Positions 34,037-44,609 of a DNA stretch of 55,219 nt are shown here, piece after piece. Position numbers and translations under genes: made by a program. The stretch's first letter is position 1. Each line of letters begins with the position of its first letter. The notes beneath the pieces were generated by a model. The model worked only from the letters and a program-made list of their open reading frames with translations. It was not told where the DNA came from and made no database searches. This stretch comes from a virus (taxonomy: Duplodnaviria > Caudoviricetes): positions 1 through 55,219 of IMG/VR virus record IMGVR_UViG_3300027607_000117. One strand, 5' to 3'.

Positions 34037-36686
34037 GCGTCTCGATCTCGAAGCCTACGGAGAGCACCGTCACGGGCCGAGGGGCCGCTGCCTGAAGACA
34101 AATCCGGGAGTCCGTGTCCCAATCGCCCGGGAACTCGATCATGTATTCGTCATAGGCTTCCCAGATGTGGTCGGGATCGACTTCAGCGCCGTCCTCGAAA
34201 ATCGGCATGGGGTCCAGGTTTCCGAAGTCGGGTCCGAATTTGAGGCCTTGCGCGTGTGTGTCCGCGAGAACTAGTCCCAACTCCGAGATCGTCTTGGGCT
34301 GATTGAGCGCCGTGCCGCCGCCGGCCGCATAGGCGAGTTTTGTCGACTTGAAAGGCGCGCTATAGGCGAGGCCGACGACGACTTTGGAAGCCGCTTCGCT
34401 GAGCGTGATCTTCCCGGAGGTGACGACCTGCGTGCCTTTATCCTTGCCGTCCGCCCAGATCACGACCGTCTTGCCTTCCAGGTGTGGGACCGGGATCTCT
34501 GTCGTCGCGGCCCCGTCATAGACGATGTGAGAGTCCGCCAGCTTGCAGATATCCGCCCCTCTGCATTCGTCTTCGCGCGCCCATCGCTCCAGGAATCGCA
34601 CGCTCTGAGCGTCGACCGTGCGTCTAACCTGATAATAGACTTGATCCTCGATCGTGCCCGGCAGGACCACGACGTCCTCGACTTCCCCGTCCGTCTCGAC
34701 GTCGACCCAGCAAATCACGTTCTCGGTTGGGTCGAAGATCAGGACCGCGACCGTGCCGTCCGAGCGTACACAGTGAATGCGCGTATCGGGCTGGCGTTGC
34801 ACCGCCATGGTTACAATTCCGGGCTCTCCAATCTCCGGGACCAGTTGAGTTCGATCCGCGCTGCCGTAGGAAAAGCTGTCGACGTTGTACTGCAGTTCGT
34901 AGACTCGGGTGCCGCCGCGCTGCACGAAAATCCCATGGTTGTCGACCGGCACCGCCAGGACGTTCGCCGAGCCCTGTCGCGACGCAGGTTTAATGTTGAA
35001 GTTCGAGGGCGAAAGCGGTTCCTGGAAAGAGTTGGAGCGCGCGACCTGTTCCGCGCCTTCCGTCCCCGCGACAAGCTGAAGCAGCGGCAGAACCCAATTG
35101 ACGACATCGGAAGGGCCGGACCCGATCGAGCGGTCTATCGGTCCGCTGTCGCCTTCCACATCGGGATCGAAGCTCTCGAAGGCATCGGAGACCGATCCCC
35201 ACCATTTGCTCAGGCCCAGCCACCAGAGGCGCCCCTCGTAAATGGCACCCGTTGTCGGGTAGCCGCGCCGTTCCGACCAAGCGCCCTCGAACCAGACCGT
35301 CGAGGGGTCGGTGTTGCCGAAGTTCTTCAGGACCGAGACCGAGGCATTGAGTTCGTCGGCGACGGCTGTCACCAGGCCGACGCCTGTGATCGAGCCGGAG
35401 GAATAGAGAAGGCTGAGTTCTGCCGTGCCGGAGGTGTGGTCGCCGCTGCCCATGCCGATGCGGTAGAAGGCGATCTCGTTGTCCAAGCCGTCGTTGTAGG
35501 TTTCAGTTGCGTTGCCGGTATAGTCCTGCACGTTGGCCCAGTTGCCGGGTTCCGCCAAAGACCGCTGCAGGCGAACTGTGCCGGCCCAGGTGCCTGCGCG
35601 CGTGACCGTCACGTCGCGCGTGGTTCCGACACCCGTCACCCGGATCGGATCGGACCACTGATCGTCGGCCGTCACGTCGGCCTCGACCTTCTGACCGACG
35701 GAGTCGACCCGGAAGAGCGCGCCCACATGATCGGCCCGGAATACCGGTTTGGAAGCAACCAGGGTGACATCGCCGGACAGCGCGCCCGGTGTGAGCGTTG
35801 TCTTCGACGTGTTCTGCAGGCGATAAGGCCCGTCTTCCGGCACGTACTCCACCAAGGACCAGGAGCGGCCCAAGGCCCTGCGCTCGATACGGCGCGGCCG
35901 GTGCCCTTGACAGGCGACAAAGATGACGTCCTCGGACTGGTCCCAACGCAGCAAGCTCAGGTCGTCTTCCGGCCAGGGCGCCGGCAGAATGACTTCGCCC
36001 GCAAGCTCGATCGACGCATGGTCAACCAACGCCTCGCGCTCGTTCCGGTTCGACAGCAAGACGTCGAAACTGCCTGACGGCGTGAAGGCGAGCGAATGCA
36101 CGCCCGTCTTGAGTTCAGTGGTCGCGATCAGGTCGGAACCGCCGCCCGAAGGCGTCACGCTAAGCTCGATCGGCCCGCGGGCAATCTCGATCCGCAAGGC
36201 ATGCTCTTTGTCGCGGTCAGCGACAGCCACGGTGACGGTTTGCTGGCGCTGTGCGGCATCGGAACCGGTTCCGACCAGCGAGAGATAACCGCCCGTCTTC
36301 CATGAGGAGGCCGCCGCTCCCTCGTCCGTATCGCTCCAGCTTGCGAGGTCCGTATCGAAATCTTCATTGCTGAGCGAAGACCCGACCGCACCGCGCGTGA
36401 CCGGTGCCTCATCGACGATCGGCCGCAGCGCGGCGGCGCTTATTTCCATTACCGCCGTGATGCTGGTTCGCTTCACGAAGGGGATATGCTTGGCCTTCTT
36501 GTCGTTGAGGCTTTGCAGAACCCAGCCGAGCCCAGGGCGCAACATCATCGAACCGAGCGTGCGCGGCATCCAATTGGTTTGGATTTCCGAGGACAAGGCC
36601 ACCCGGTTGATATCGACCCGCGAGAGCGCGAGCCTTGAAATCCGCCCGCGGTTAAAGGCGAGTAGAACGGGGCGGGTTTTGGGCAT
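34029..36686 (-). CDS. Tail tubular protein B (nozzle)
   Basis: FN.G.IS, G....RPG, QS.DVIF, GYP.....YE.RL motifs; 885 aa. Confidence 0.88.
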   Translation of the reverse strand: MPKTRPVLLAFNRGRISRLALSRVDINRVALSSEIQTNWMPRTLGSMMLRPGLGWVLQSLNDKKAKHIPFVKRTSITAVMEISAAALRPIVDEAPVTRGAVGSSLSNEDFDTDLASWSDTDEGAAASSWKTGGYLSLVGTGSDAAQRQQTVTVAVADRDKEHALRIEIARGPIELSVTPSGGGSDLIATTELKTGVHSLAFTPSGSFDVLLSNRNEREALVDHASIELAGEVILPAPWPEDDLSLLRWDQSEDVIFVACQGHRPRRIERRALGRSWSLVEYVPEDGPYRLQNTSKTTLTPGALSGDVTLVASKPVFRADHVGALFRVDSVGQKVEADVTADDQWSDPIRVTGVGTTRDVTVTRAGTWAGTVRLQRSLAEPGNWANVQDYTGNATETYNDGLDNEIAFYRIGMGSGDHTSGTAELSLLYSSGSITGVGLVTAVADELNASVSVLKNFGNTDPSTVWFEGAWSERRGYPTTGAIYEGRLWWLGLSKWWGSVSDAFESFDPDVEGDSGPIDRSIGSGPSDVVNWVLPLLQLVAGTEGAEQVARSNSFQEPLSPSNFNIKPASRQGSANVLAVPVDNHGIFVQRGGTRVYELQYNVDSFSYGSADRTQLVPEIGEPGIVTMAVQRQPDTRIHCVRSDGTVAVLIFDPTENVICWVDVETDGEVEDVVVLPGTIEDQVYYQVRRTVDAQSVRFLERWAREDECRGADICKLADSHIVYDGAATTEIPVPHLEGKTVVIWADGKDKGTQVVTSGKITLSEAASKVVVGLAYSAPFKSTKLAYAAGGGTALNQPKTISELGLVLADTHAQGLKFGPDFGNLDPMPIFEDGAEVDPDHIWEAYDEYMIEFPGDWDTDSRICLQAAAPRPVTVLSVGFEIETHG

Positions 36687-36687
36687 T

Positions 36688-37335
36688 TTACCCGATCAGG
36701 CGATGCCGTGAGCCGCCGTCGCGACGCGTGAACGCCCTTCTGCCCAGTCGCGCTAGGCCCCAGCTTCCAGTTGGGGGAAACTGTGCCGGTTGCTCCATCG
36801 CGTCCTTCGAGAGCGCGTCGTTCTTAAGCGCCCGCACGTCCTTTTGCAGTTCCTCGTATTTCGCCGTGCTGTTCTTGATTTTGGGGTGGATCTGCAACGC
36901 GAAATAGCCGCCCACGTATTCGAAGAACGATTGCGGCCATTTGGAAAAGTCGAAACCATAGGCGGCATCGTCGGAGACGTACTTGACGTAAATCGTCTCA
37001 ATGGACGTGAACCAGAACCCGCCCTCTTCCTCGTAGTCGACGAGAGGCGAGCGCAGAAACTCATCGATCCAGATGCCGGCTGTCTTAACGAAATCGTCAG
37101 GCTTCTGAAAGGCCCTCTGATGCCCGAAGTCTGGCGTCACCGACGGATCGAAGGTCAGTTGGCGCGTGCGCAAGGCGAACTGCCAAAGACCTTCTTCCAG
37201 ACACCGCTTGACGCCGCCGCTGTCCCACACGTCGTCCAGCAGGCGGCGCGGCTCCCGCTCTTCGGTGAGCGTCACCTTGCGGGAACCGGCCCGCCGCAGG
37301 GCTTCGGTGTAGATAGCCTGTCGGTCTATGGTCAT
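36688..37335 (-). CDS. Tail tubular protein A (adaptor)
   Basis: I...AL...G, W.FA.R...L, F..P.DF, YVS motifs. Confidence 0.85.
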   Translation of the reverse strand: MTIDRQAIYTEALRRAGSRKVTLTEEREPRRLLDDVWDSGGVKRCLEEGLWQFALRTRQLTFDPSVTPDFGHQRAFQKPDDFVKTAGIWIDEFLRSPLVDYEEEGGFWFTSIETIYVKYVSDDAAYGFDFSKWPQSFFEYVGGYFALQIHPKIKNSTAKYEELQKDVRALKNDALSKDAMEQPAQFPPTGSWGLARLGRRAFTRRDGGSRHRLIG

Positions 37336-37791
37336 CTAGGCCGCCAGCGCCTTCAGGTGATCGCGCAGATAGGCTTGGGCGGCTTCCTTGCCGTCGAGGT
37401 TGTCCTTTAGGACCGACCCGTCGCTACGTCGTAGTATTCGATACTTGCCGAAGGCCAGATGCTTGATTTCGTATTGGGCCGGCTCGAGAGACTCGACCGG
37501 CACCACATTCTCGATGTCCTTCTTCCAAAGCTCTGACACCTGAATGAAGTTGCGCCCGACGCTCGTGACCAGCAACTCGGCATAGAACCGCCCCTGCTCG
37601 TCACGCACCTCTATGCGGTTCCAGGGTTTAACGCCCTTGCTGGCCATATGCGCCCAGTAGGACGGCTCCAAGAGCATCTCGTACTCGTCGCCTTCCGGCA
37701 CCAGATAGTCCCACTCCACGCGGACGTATTCGGCGAGTTCCAGGCGCCCGGGTTGGGCGAAGTGAGCCTTGGGCTTTGCCGCTTTTGCCAT
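37336..37791 (-). CDS. Hypothetical virion-module protein
   Basis: ORF between capsid and tail tube genes. Confidence 0.7.
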   Translation of the reverse strand: MAKAAKPKAHFAQPGRLELAEYVRVEWDYLVPEGDEYEMLLEPSYWAHMASKGVKPWNRIEVRDEQGRFYAELLVTSVGRNFIQVSELWKKDIENVVPVESLEPAQYEIKHLAFGKYRILRRSDGSVLKDNLDGKEAAQAYLRDHLKALAA

Positions 37792-37809
37792 CGCTTTTCC
37801 TCTCATCGT

Positions 37810-37839
37810 AAGAAGGGCGGCCCCGCGAAGGGGCCGCCC
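37810..37839 (-). terminator. Hairpin/terminator after the capsid genes
   Basis: GGGCGGCCCC-TTCGC-GGGGCCGCCC followed by TTCTT. Confidence 0.6.
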
Positions 37840-37860
37840 GGAAAACGGACCGAGGTCGGA

Positions 37861-38142
37861 TCAGTCCGTATCGGTTGAGCCAAGAGCGACGCCGTCGGAG
37901 AGATCCGCCGAGCCGTTGGCGTTGATTGCCGACACGACATGCGCCGTAGCCGTTACAGGCGAGGCGTCTGTATCGACGACCCGGATGTAATCGCCGACCT
38001 GCATGCCGAGGTCCTTGGCATTGGTGATGTACCCGTCGGCGTCCACCGCTGTCGCGGCATCCGTCGAGCGGTACTCCCAGCAGCGCGGCCCGGCAATGGG
38101 CTGCCCAACCAGGACCGGAGGATTCGAAGTAGAATAGGCCAT
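37861..38142 (-). CDS. Putative capsid decoration protein
   Basis: 93-aa beta-rich ORF directly after the capsid gene; strong SD. Confidence 0.55.
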   Translation of the reverse strand: MAYSTSNPPVLVGQPIAGPRCWEYRSTDAATAVDADGYITNAKDLGMQVGDYIRVVDTDASPVTATAHVVSAINANGSADLSDGVALGSTDTD

Positions 38143-38157
38143 GTTCGCTCCTCCCTA

Positions 38158-39009
38158 TCAGGCCGCCGCAAACGCCGAGCCATCGTGGTTCATCACCACA
38201 AGGCCGGAGTTCTGCAGCAGTTTTGAGCCCATGAACTGAGTGACACGCGACCAGGAGTAATCCTGCTCGCCGTCGTAACCGACGTTCGTGTCAACCGAGT
38301 CCTTGTTGACCGCATGGCCGATCGCGTTTCGGTGATACATGAAACACTTCTCGGCGGCCGTTCCGACGCCCGGCAACTCCGGGTGAACGATCCAACGGAC
38401 GTTCAGCCAGATGATGATCTTGGGCATGTCGGACCACGCTTCCGGCGTGCCCTTGATGGGCTTGCCGTCCACGTATTCGGCGGAACTGAACTCTTTCGTC
38501 TGAAGCAGGTAGGCTTCGAACGCAGGGGTGATCAGCGCGGTCACGTTGCCATCCCACGGCACCTTGTTGACGCCGAGAATGGTTTTAGCGTGCAACGCCA
38601 TGGACAGCGACGCCGTAGTCGCCGCACCGGTATTGACCGTTCCGGTGTTCAGCTCGGTGATGATGTCCTGGTCGATCTTGCGGTTGACGACACCCATGGT
38701 CGTCGCCTGCATGATCTGGCGTTGGTTGCCCTGGCTCGCAAAGACGTTAAAGCCGGTCTTGCGGGCCAGATCGTGCCATTCCTGCAAAGTTGCAGTGAAT
38801 TGCTGGTTGTTGTCCGCGCGGGCCGGGATCAAACCGTTGAGCCCGCGGGTCTTCGCTTCAGCGCCACCGCTGTCTGCGACCAGGAAAACGGCCTGGTTGC
38901 CCTTGATCACGGCTTCCGTGGTTACGGAATCGCGCACCAGGGACTGGCGCTGCTCAAAACCGTGGATGTACTCCTTACGGTATTGAACTTGAAAGGCGCT
39001 TTCCGCCAT
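38158..39009 (-). CDS. Major capsid protein
   Basis: AF..QY......FEQ.QS, NRKID..II, F.S.EY, CF.YH..AIG; follows the scaffold gene. Confidence 0.88.
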   Translation of the reverse strand: MAESAFQVQYRKEYIHGFEQRQSLVRDSVTTEAVIKGNQAVFLVADSGGAEAKTRGLNGLIPARADNNQQFTATLQEWHDLARKTGFNVFASQGNQRQIMQATTMGVVNRKIDQDIITELNTGTVNTGAATTASLSMALHAKTILGVNKVPWDGNVTALITPAFEAYLLQTKEFSSAEYVDGKPIKGTPEAWSDMPKIIIWLNVRWIVHPELPGVGTAAEKCFMYHRNAIGHAVNKDSVDTNVGYDGEQDYSWSRVTQFMGSKLLQNSGLVVMNHDGSAFAAA

Positions 39010-39202
39010 CTCAATCTCCTCTCATGAGGTTGAGGGGGCTGCGCGCTCTGGGTTGTCCGACGCGGGACGCCTGCTTGCGGGTTGCCGGGAGCGCATGCGT
39101 CTCACGGGCCGCGAGGTGAAGTCGCCGGTGCCTTGCTTGCAGGAAATGGGCGATTGCCCGGTGGAAAAGGCGGCGCCGTTGCCGGGTTGACCGCCAAGAA
39201 AG

Positions 39203-40267
39203 TTAAGCGGCTTGCGCGTCTAGGCGCTGCTTCGCTTCGATCAGTTCGCGATAACGGGCTTGGTTGGCCTCTGCCTTCGGGCCCTTCCAGTACTCTGAGG
39301 TCTTGTCGCCCATCATCGCTTCCAATTGGCTCAGTTCGTCTGCGATCTGCACGGCGGGGTCGCCCTTGCCGGAGACAGTACGGATCAACGGATTGACCTG
39401 GCGCATCTGGTCGACCCACCACTCGACAATGACGGGATCGCTGAAGAGCGGACGCCTGTCCGGCAGCCGGGCTGACTGAATCGCCGTCGCTTGCTCTTCC
39501 GGCATTGTCTGCAGCCACGCCTTTAGGTCGGTCATGTTGCGGCGATAGTCGTCGCCGTACTTCGGTCGCAGCGCGTCTTCGGTCTCTTCCTGGTATTCCG
39601 CGTCCTTCTCTTTTTGCGCGGCGGCCTGCTCTTCGAGGTCCCGGTAACGCCAGGCGATCGCTTGCTGCACGAACTGTTTGGGCGCATTGATCTCATGAGC
39701 AAAGGCCGTGAAGCTCTCGACGCGTTCCTTGTCGTCGTCGCCAATCACCAGGCCGTCCGGCAACTCTTCCAGGTAGCCCTTCGCATCCGCCGGCACGCCA
39801 TTCGCTTCCCGCCAGGCTGCCTTTTCTTCATCCGTGCCCTTTTCCGGGAACTCTTGCTTCTCTGCCTTGGAGACCTTTTGTTCGGCTGACAGGGCAAATT
39901 GCAGAATCTTGGAAGGATCGCTGAAGCGGTCGAGGCGCTTGCGCAGCTTCTTGTCGTCGCCGGCCATTTTGTCCCGCCAGTCGTCGGGCCAGTCGGCCGG
40001 CGCCTTCGCCTTACCCTTGTCGTCATCGCCGTCGTCGCTCAGTGCGGTTCGGGCTTCATCCGACATGGAACCCGGTGGCGTGGCGCCCTCTTTGCCGTCC
40101 TTGCTTGCGGCACCCTTGTCGTCACCTTGGGGCTTTTGAGCCGCCTGATCGTCGCCCTTCTGACCGGTGTTGGTGGCCGTCTGGCTCTGAGTCTGTGTCG
40201 TCTGATCATCGCCGGTCTTGGTAGCGTCGTCAGCCGTTCCTTGGGTCGCTGTCGCGTCGTCCGCCAT
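39203..40267 (-). CDS. Capsid scaffolding protein
   Basis: Acidic disordered N-terminus, WPDDWR, G.P.D...Y; between portal and capsid. Confidence 0.8.
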   Translation of the reverse strand: MADDATATQGTADDATKTGDDQTTQTQSQTATNTGQKGDDQAAQKPQGDDKGAASKDGKEGATPPGSMSDEARTALSDDGDDDKGKAKAPADWPDDWRDKMAGDDKKLRKRLDRFSDPSKILQFALSAEQKVSKAEKQEFPEKGTDEEKAAWREANGVPADAKGYLEELPDGLVIGDDDKERVESFTAFAHEINAPKQFVQQAIAWRYRDLEEQAAAQKEKDAEYQEETEDALRPKYGDDYRRNMTDLKAWLQTMPEEQATAIQSARLPDRRPLFSDPVIVEWWVDQMRQVNPLIRTVSGKGDPAVQIADELSQLEAMMGDKTSEYWKGPKAEANQARYRELIEAKQRLDAQAA

Positions 40268-40592
40268 GGTTTTTCCCCAGTTCTGCTAAGTTCAGTTTGC
40301 AAAGTTTGACGAGTTGCAGTCCGACCCAACGCTTGCCTTCTGCAAAATCAGTCGCGCGATCGCCGGGTGCGTCCTTGGTGTCGGGCCGGAAGCTCAGGTC
40401 GTAGGTCGCGCAGAGATCGTCGACGATGAATTGCATCGCGCGGGTTTGTTGGTGCGGATCCGCCTTGCCTTCGATGCAGGCTTGGATGGCATAGGCGTCC
40501 GCCGGGTCCCAATTCGGGGGCTCCCAGGGATTCACCTTCTTTTTCTTCAGAGGCTCCTGGACCGGTATGGTTTGCTTCTTGCGGCCGAGCAT
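40230..40592 (-). CDS. Bbp19-like protein
   Basis: SFRP......T.FAEGKR.VGL. Confidence 0.7.
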   Translation of the reverse strand: MLGRKKQTIPVQEPLKKKKVNPWEPPNWDPADAYAIQACIEGKADPHQQTRAMQFIVDDLCATYDLSFRPDTKDAPGDRATDFAEGKRWVGLQLVKLCKLNLAELGKNHGGRRDSDPRNG

Positions 40593-40595
40593 GGA

Positions 40596-42251
40596 TCACG
40601 CGGCTTGCTGCGGCGCGAGGGCCTGTTGCGCTTCTCCGGCCGCCTTGCCGACTTCGGCCGCCTGCTGAAGTTGCGCGAGCGCCTCCTGCCCCTGCTGTCG
40701 CTGTGCTTCTTCGGCGAGAATTTCGTCAACAGCGTCCTTGCTGCGCATCCAATTGGCAGGGGTGCCGATACCTTCCAGCGCCTCTCTGAGCGCCGTGCGC
40801 GCGTCAAGGATGGTCGCAGAGGCCGGCGAAAGCTCCGCTGCTTCGCGCAACATCTGCTTGGCCTCCAGGAAGTGCTGGCCTTTCTGGCGCTCGATGGCTT
40901 GGTGTAGGGGTGACTCGAAGCGGAACTGGAGGGTCTTGGTCCTGATTGCTTCACGAATCACAGGCGGCATTTCGGCTTCCGGCCCAAAAGCGCCGCCGTG
41001 GAACAGGGTATCGAACGTGTTCTCGCAAAGGTCCGCGTTGTAATCGAGCTCCATCGGCTCGAAGAGCGGCAGAGCGTTTCGGATGAACTCCTGAATGCGC
41101 TGCCCGACCTCGAAGGCGGTCATATCCTTTTCGGGTGGCGGCAGGTTCAGCTTGTTGAGAAAGAAAGCTTCCGCGATCATCTCGCGGGTCTCGCGCGCCA
41201 ACTCCAGGCCGAGCGCTGCGCCCGTGAAATCCTGGTTGATCGGCCGCAGAGCCTCGCCCAACTTCTCGTCGTACTCCTGGTCGACCCAGGTGATGCCGCC
41301 GGAGAAAAGCTGAATGTCGCTGCGCACGACGTTCTTGGTGGCCACCATAGGCGGCGTGGTCGACTTCTCGCCCGCATCCAACAAGGAAAGCGTCATCGCC
41401 TGGATCAGCCGCGCGTCGGGCAGGGCGGCGACGACAGCCGGCGAATAGGCGTACTGGGAACCCGAGACCGTCTGCCAGCGGGGAATAGTGTAGATCCGGT
41501 TGGTCGCGCCGCTCTCCTCGATGATGTGCTGATTGTCGACGTCGACGTAGATCGAGACGAAATCCGTGTTCCGGCGCCTGGCACCTTCCACCAAGTCGTA
41601 GGCATCCGAGGGCATGACGATGTGCCGCACGTTGAAGCGCTGATAGGCGTCTTGTTCGAGAGCCTCCACGACTTTCTCATGCAACCGCGCCTTGCCGAAG
41701 TCGCGGGCCAGATCGAGCGCCGTCGGCTTCCAGCGGCGGTGGATCTCGTCATAAATGGACTCCGCGTTCTCGCGCCAGGCCACATCGCGCAAGTGCCAAT
41801 CGCGGTAGAGCAGGGATGTCCCGGCGCGGTTCAACTCCGTCGAGATACAGGCCTGCCCGAAGGTGGCGTAATCGTGGTCCGCTTCCTTGGTCGCGCGCGT
41901 GAAGTTGGCTTTCCGCTCGTACATGGCCCGTCGCTGGACTTTCGTCTTGGCTTCCAGCCAGCGCTTGGCCGCGTTGTCTTCCCGGTCCTCTCGGAAGAGG
42001 CCCATGAAAAACCACTCCGTCTCGCGCGGCCGCAACATGCCGGAGAAGGCGTTGCCGAGGTCGCGGCGCGCGATGATCGGAAAGGATGTCGTCAGGTGAT
42101 CCGCGAATTCCGCGCCCAGGTTCCGCGAGACGGTGAAATCCGCGCGCTCCACGTAGAAGTTGTCCGCCACCTCCTGAAAGAAGGACATGAGCGTCTGGCG
42201 TTCGCCAAAGAGCTTGTCTCCTGCCTCTATGAGATCCTTGGCCTGACCCAT
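40596..42251 (-). CDS. Portal (head-to-tail connector) protein
   Basis: RW....G..Y..SP...ALPD and MTAFEV.QR..E motifs; 551 aa. Confidence 0.93.
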   Translation of the reverse strand: MGQAKDLIEAGDKLFGERQTLMSFFQEVADNFYVERADFTVSRNLGAEFADHLTTSFPIIARRDLGNAFSGMLRPRETEWFFMGLFREDREDNAAKRWLEAKTKVQRRAMYERKANFTRATKEADHDYATFGQACISTELNRAGTSLLYRDWHLRDVAWRENAESIYDEIHRRWKPTALDLARDFGKARLHEKVVEALEQDAYQRFNVRHIVMPSDAYDLVEGARRRNTDFVSIYVDVDNQHIIEESGATNRIYTIPRWQTVSGSQYAYSPAVVAALPDARLIQAMTLSLLDAGEKSTTPPMVATKNVVRSDIQLFSGGITWVDQEYDEKLGEALRPINQDFTGAALGLELARETREMIAEAFFLNKLNLPPPEKDMTAFEVGQRIQEFIRNALPLFEPMELDYNADLCENTFDTLFHGGAFGPEAEMPPVIREAIRTKTLQFRFESPLHQAIERQKGQHFLEAKQMLREAAELSPASATILDARTALREALEGIGTPANWMRSKDAVDEILAEEAQRQQGQEALAQLQQAAEVGKAAGEAQQALAPQQAA

Positions 42252-42472
42252 CAGCCACCGAGCTTCTGGTCGTCGTCCGACAGCACGGTCGAGACGCGGC
42301 CCGAACGGCGACTCTGCTCGGCGATGGACTGGTTGCGGCGCTTGCGGATGGCCTCGTCGTCTTCGTCCGGCATGGGCGCTGGGGGCGCCACTTTCTTCGG
42401 AGGCTTAGGTGCATCCGGCACGCCGAGCACGGTGCTAACTACCTTTCCGACGGCTTCCGTCGCTTTGCCCAT
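42251..42472 (-). CDS. Small basic virion-assembly protein
   Basis: Pro-rich, RRSGR.STVLS; just before the portal. Confidence 0.65.
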   Translation of the reverse strand: MGKATEAVGKVVSTVLGVPDAPKPPKKVAPPAPMPDEDDEAIRKRRNQSIAEQSRRSGRVSTVLSDDDQKLGG

Positions 42473-42475
42473 GAA

Positions 42476-44062
42476 CTACCTCCCGCGCCGTAGATGCCGG
42501 CGCTTGGATTGGTGGCTGAGGACCACCTGCGGCGCGCCGATGTTCCGGGCGCCGTGATCCCGCCATGCCATACCTTCGGTGATGGCCCGCTCGCCCTCGG
42601 ACCAAGCCATCACCACGGCATCGCCCTTGTCCGGCGAGCGTCCCAGATCCGCGATCAGCTTTTCCTTCGACTCGACCTTGATTCCCCGGGAACCGACTTC
42701 GAAATGCGGGGCAGTCAGGTCCGCGACCAACCCCGGATCGTCGGGAAGGGCAATCGGGGAGCCGCCGTCCTGAGAGGGGTCGAGGGCTTCGCGAAAGCGG
42801 TACCAGACCTCGGACCGCTTGTTGTAAAAGCCGAGCTTTCCTTCGCGTGTGCGCGCGGTCGAACCTTCCGCGCCCTTATGGGAAATCGGCTCGATACCGT
42901 TATCCCGGAGCGTGGTGTAGGGGACGCCGCCGTAGCCGCCACCCATGTCAATCACAATCTTGCAGTTGTCGCGTCTGTGCGTGACGACCAATCCCGCGAT
43001 TTCGGTGCCCAGCGGCGTCTTGTGTCCGGGTACCACGACCAATGGGGCGAACCAGCCGTCATAGCGCGGCGCCAGAACGTTGTTGTCTTCGCCTCCACCG
43101 GCAACGTCGACACCCATCGCGCACATCGGCACACCTTGCGGCGGTGAGGCGCGCCAGCGTTGCTGTGCCTCTTGGACCCAGCGCGTCGGGATAAGCTGGA
43201 ACGCATCGTCTTTCAGGCCGACGTCGAATTTGCCCTCGCGATAGGCGTCGCGCAGTTCCTCCGGCAGGGCCGCCAGCACGGAATCGTAGTTGGTCGCGGC
43301 CAGATCCGGGTTGTCCGACAGTTTCGCCCGGATGAAGGTCCGCGAACGCGCCCGGACCGGCTCGCCCTTCAGCGGGTGCGGTCCCGGCCCGTCGACTTCG
43401 GTCGAAACGCCGTCGTCGTCTGTCAGGAACCAGCGCAGATCGCCGGGCTTGGCCGGGTTCGGGTGGTTGGGATGCAGCCACGGCCCCCAGTATTCCAGCA
43501 CCCAGAGGCCTTCGGGCTTCGTCGGCGGATTGCCGGCCGCCACCACGCGGCAGCGCTGTTCGGGATCGGCCGAGCGGTTCCAGATCGTGATGAAGAGATA
43601 CTGCGTCTTCGTGAAGTCGCTGACCTCATCGAAGCCGATCAGATCGTGCGGCTTGCCCTTGTACTTCTGTTTGTCGTCTTCGAACTGGCAGCCGCCGATG
43701 TCGACGATTTTTCCGCCGGGCAGGCGCCAGGTGTTCTTCTGGCTGTTCCATCCCACACGACTGCCCATGATCTCTTCGAAGCGGTCGACCAGCGCTGCGG
43801 CTTCCGGGTTCGTGCGCCGCAAGAGGAGGCTGCGCTGATGCTGGGTGAGCGACAGGCCGGCCAGCAGGTCCGATTTCCCGCCGCCGGCCTGACCGCCGTA
43901 GAAGAGTTCGTCCGCCTGGCAGTAGTAGGCTTCCGTCTGCGGCCCCGGGTTCGGCACCCAGGGCAGGCCTTCCGTCGCTTCCAGCGCCTCCTTGGCGAGG
44001 ACCTGTCGCTGTTCGGGCGCAAGCTGACCGACCTGTTCGATCAACTCTTGAAGCAGGCTCAA
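42476..44062 (-). CDS. terL: Terminase large subunit
   Basis: YGGQAGGGKS Walker A, IGFDE Walker B, GVDVAGGGED and SPD.GDA nuclease motifs. Confidence 0.95.
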   Translation of the reverse strand: MSLLQELIEQVGQLAPEQRQVLAKEALEATEGLPWVPNPGPQTEAYYCQADELFYGGQAGGGKSDLLAGLSLTQHQRSLLLRRTNPEAAALVDRFEEIMGSRVGWNSQKNTWRLPGGKIVDIGGCQFEDDKQKYKGKPHDLIGFDEVSDFTKTQYLFITIWNRSADPEQRCRVVAAGNPPTKPEGLWVLEYWGPWLHPNHPNPAKPGDLRWFLTDDDGVSTEVDGPGPHPLKGEPVRARSRTFIRAKLSDNPDLAATNYDSVLAALPEELRDAYREGKFDVGLKDDAFQLIPTRWVQEAQQRWRASPPQGVPMCAMGVDVAGGGEDNNVLAPRYDGWFAPLVVVPGHKTPLGTEIAGLVVTHRRDNCKIVIDMGGGYGGVPYTTLRDNGIEPISHKGAEGSTARTREGKLGFYNKRSEVWYRFREALDPSQDGGSPIALPDDPGLVADLTAPHFEVGSRGIKVESKEKLIADLGRSPDKGDAVVMAWSEGERAITEGMAWRDHGARNIGAPQVVLSHQSKRRHLRRGR

Positions 44063-44065
44063 GAC

Positions 44066-44512
44066 TTAGGCGGCGTTCGCGAAGGCCGCAGTCATGACGA
44101 TCCGCCCGTTCGGCAGGCGCACACCCAGGGCGACGCTTTCCGTTCCGGTATCCGTCCAGGTCAGGTCAATATCGCCGTCGACTTCCGAGGTGACGAGGAA
44201 CAGCTTTTTGGCGACGAGCGCCAGCAGCGCGCCGTCCGTGCCTATCTCGATGCCGGTGGAGCCGCCCGTGGTCGCGAAGGCGGTCTTCGCGGCATTGGCA
44301 AAGACGATGATCTCGACCGTTTCCACGTAGTCGATGTCGTCGCCGTTGGAATCCGTGAGCTGGATCGTAATGGCGCGGACGTTGGTGACTTCCGCGCCCA
44401 CCGTGATCGAAGCGTCGACGCAGGGGCGGCTGATCTCGATCCCGTTCGACTGCAGTTCGTTCTTTTCTCCGATGCCGCAACGGCGGCCGTGCAATGAGGT
44501 GACGACTGACAT
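44066..44512 (-). CDS. Beta-rich putative virion decoration protein
   Basis: TSLHGRRCGI N-terminus plus Ig-like composition. Confidence 0.55.
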   Translation of the reverse strand: MSVVTSLHGRRCGIGEKNELQSNGIEISRPCVDASITVGAEVTNVRAITIQLTDSNGDDIDYVETVEIIVFANAAKTAFATTGGSTGIEIGTDGALLALVAKKLFLVTSEVDGDIDLTWTDTGTESVALGVRLPNGRIVMTAAFANAA

Positions 44513-44609
44513 AGCGAATTCTCCTGGTTTTGCTGTTGCTGGTTGCTGGGGCGGAGCGCCCTTCGTGTTGGGGCCTGAGGATTGCTTGGCCCGGAGTAGG
44601 AAGCTGGGC

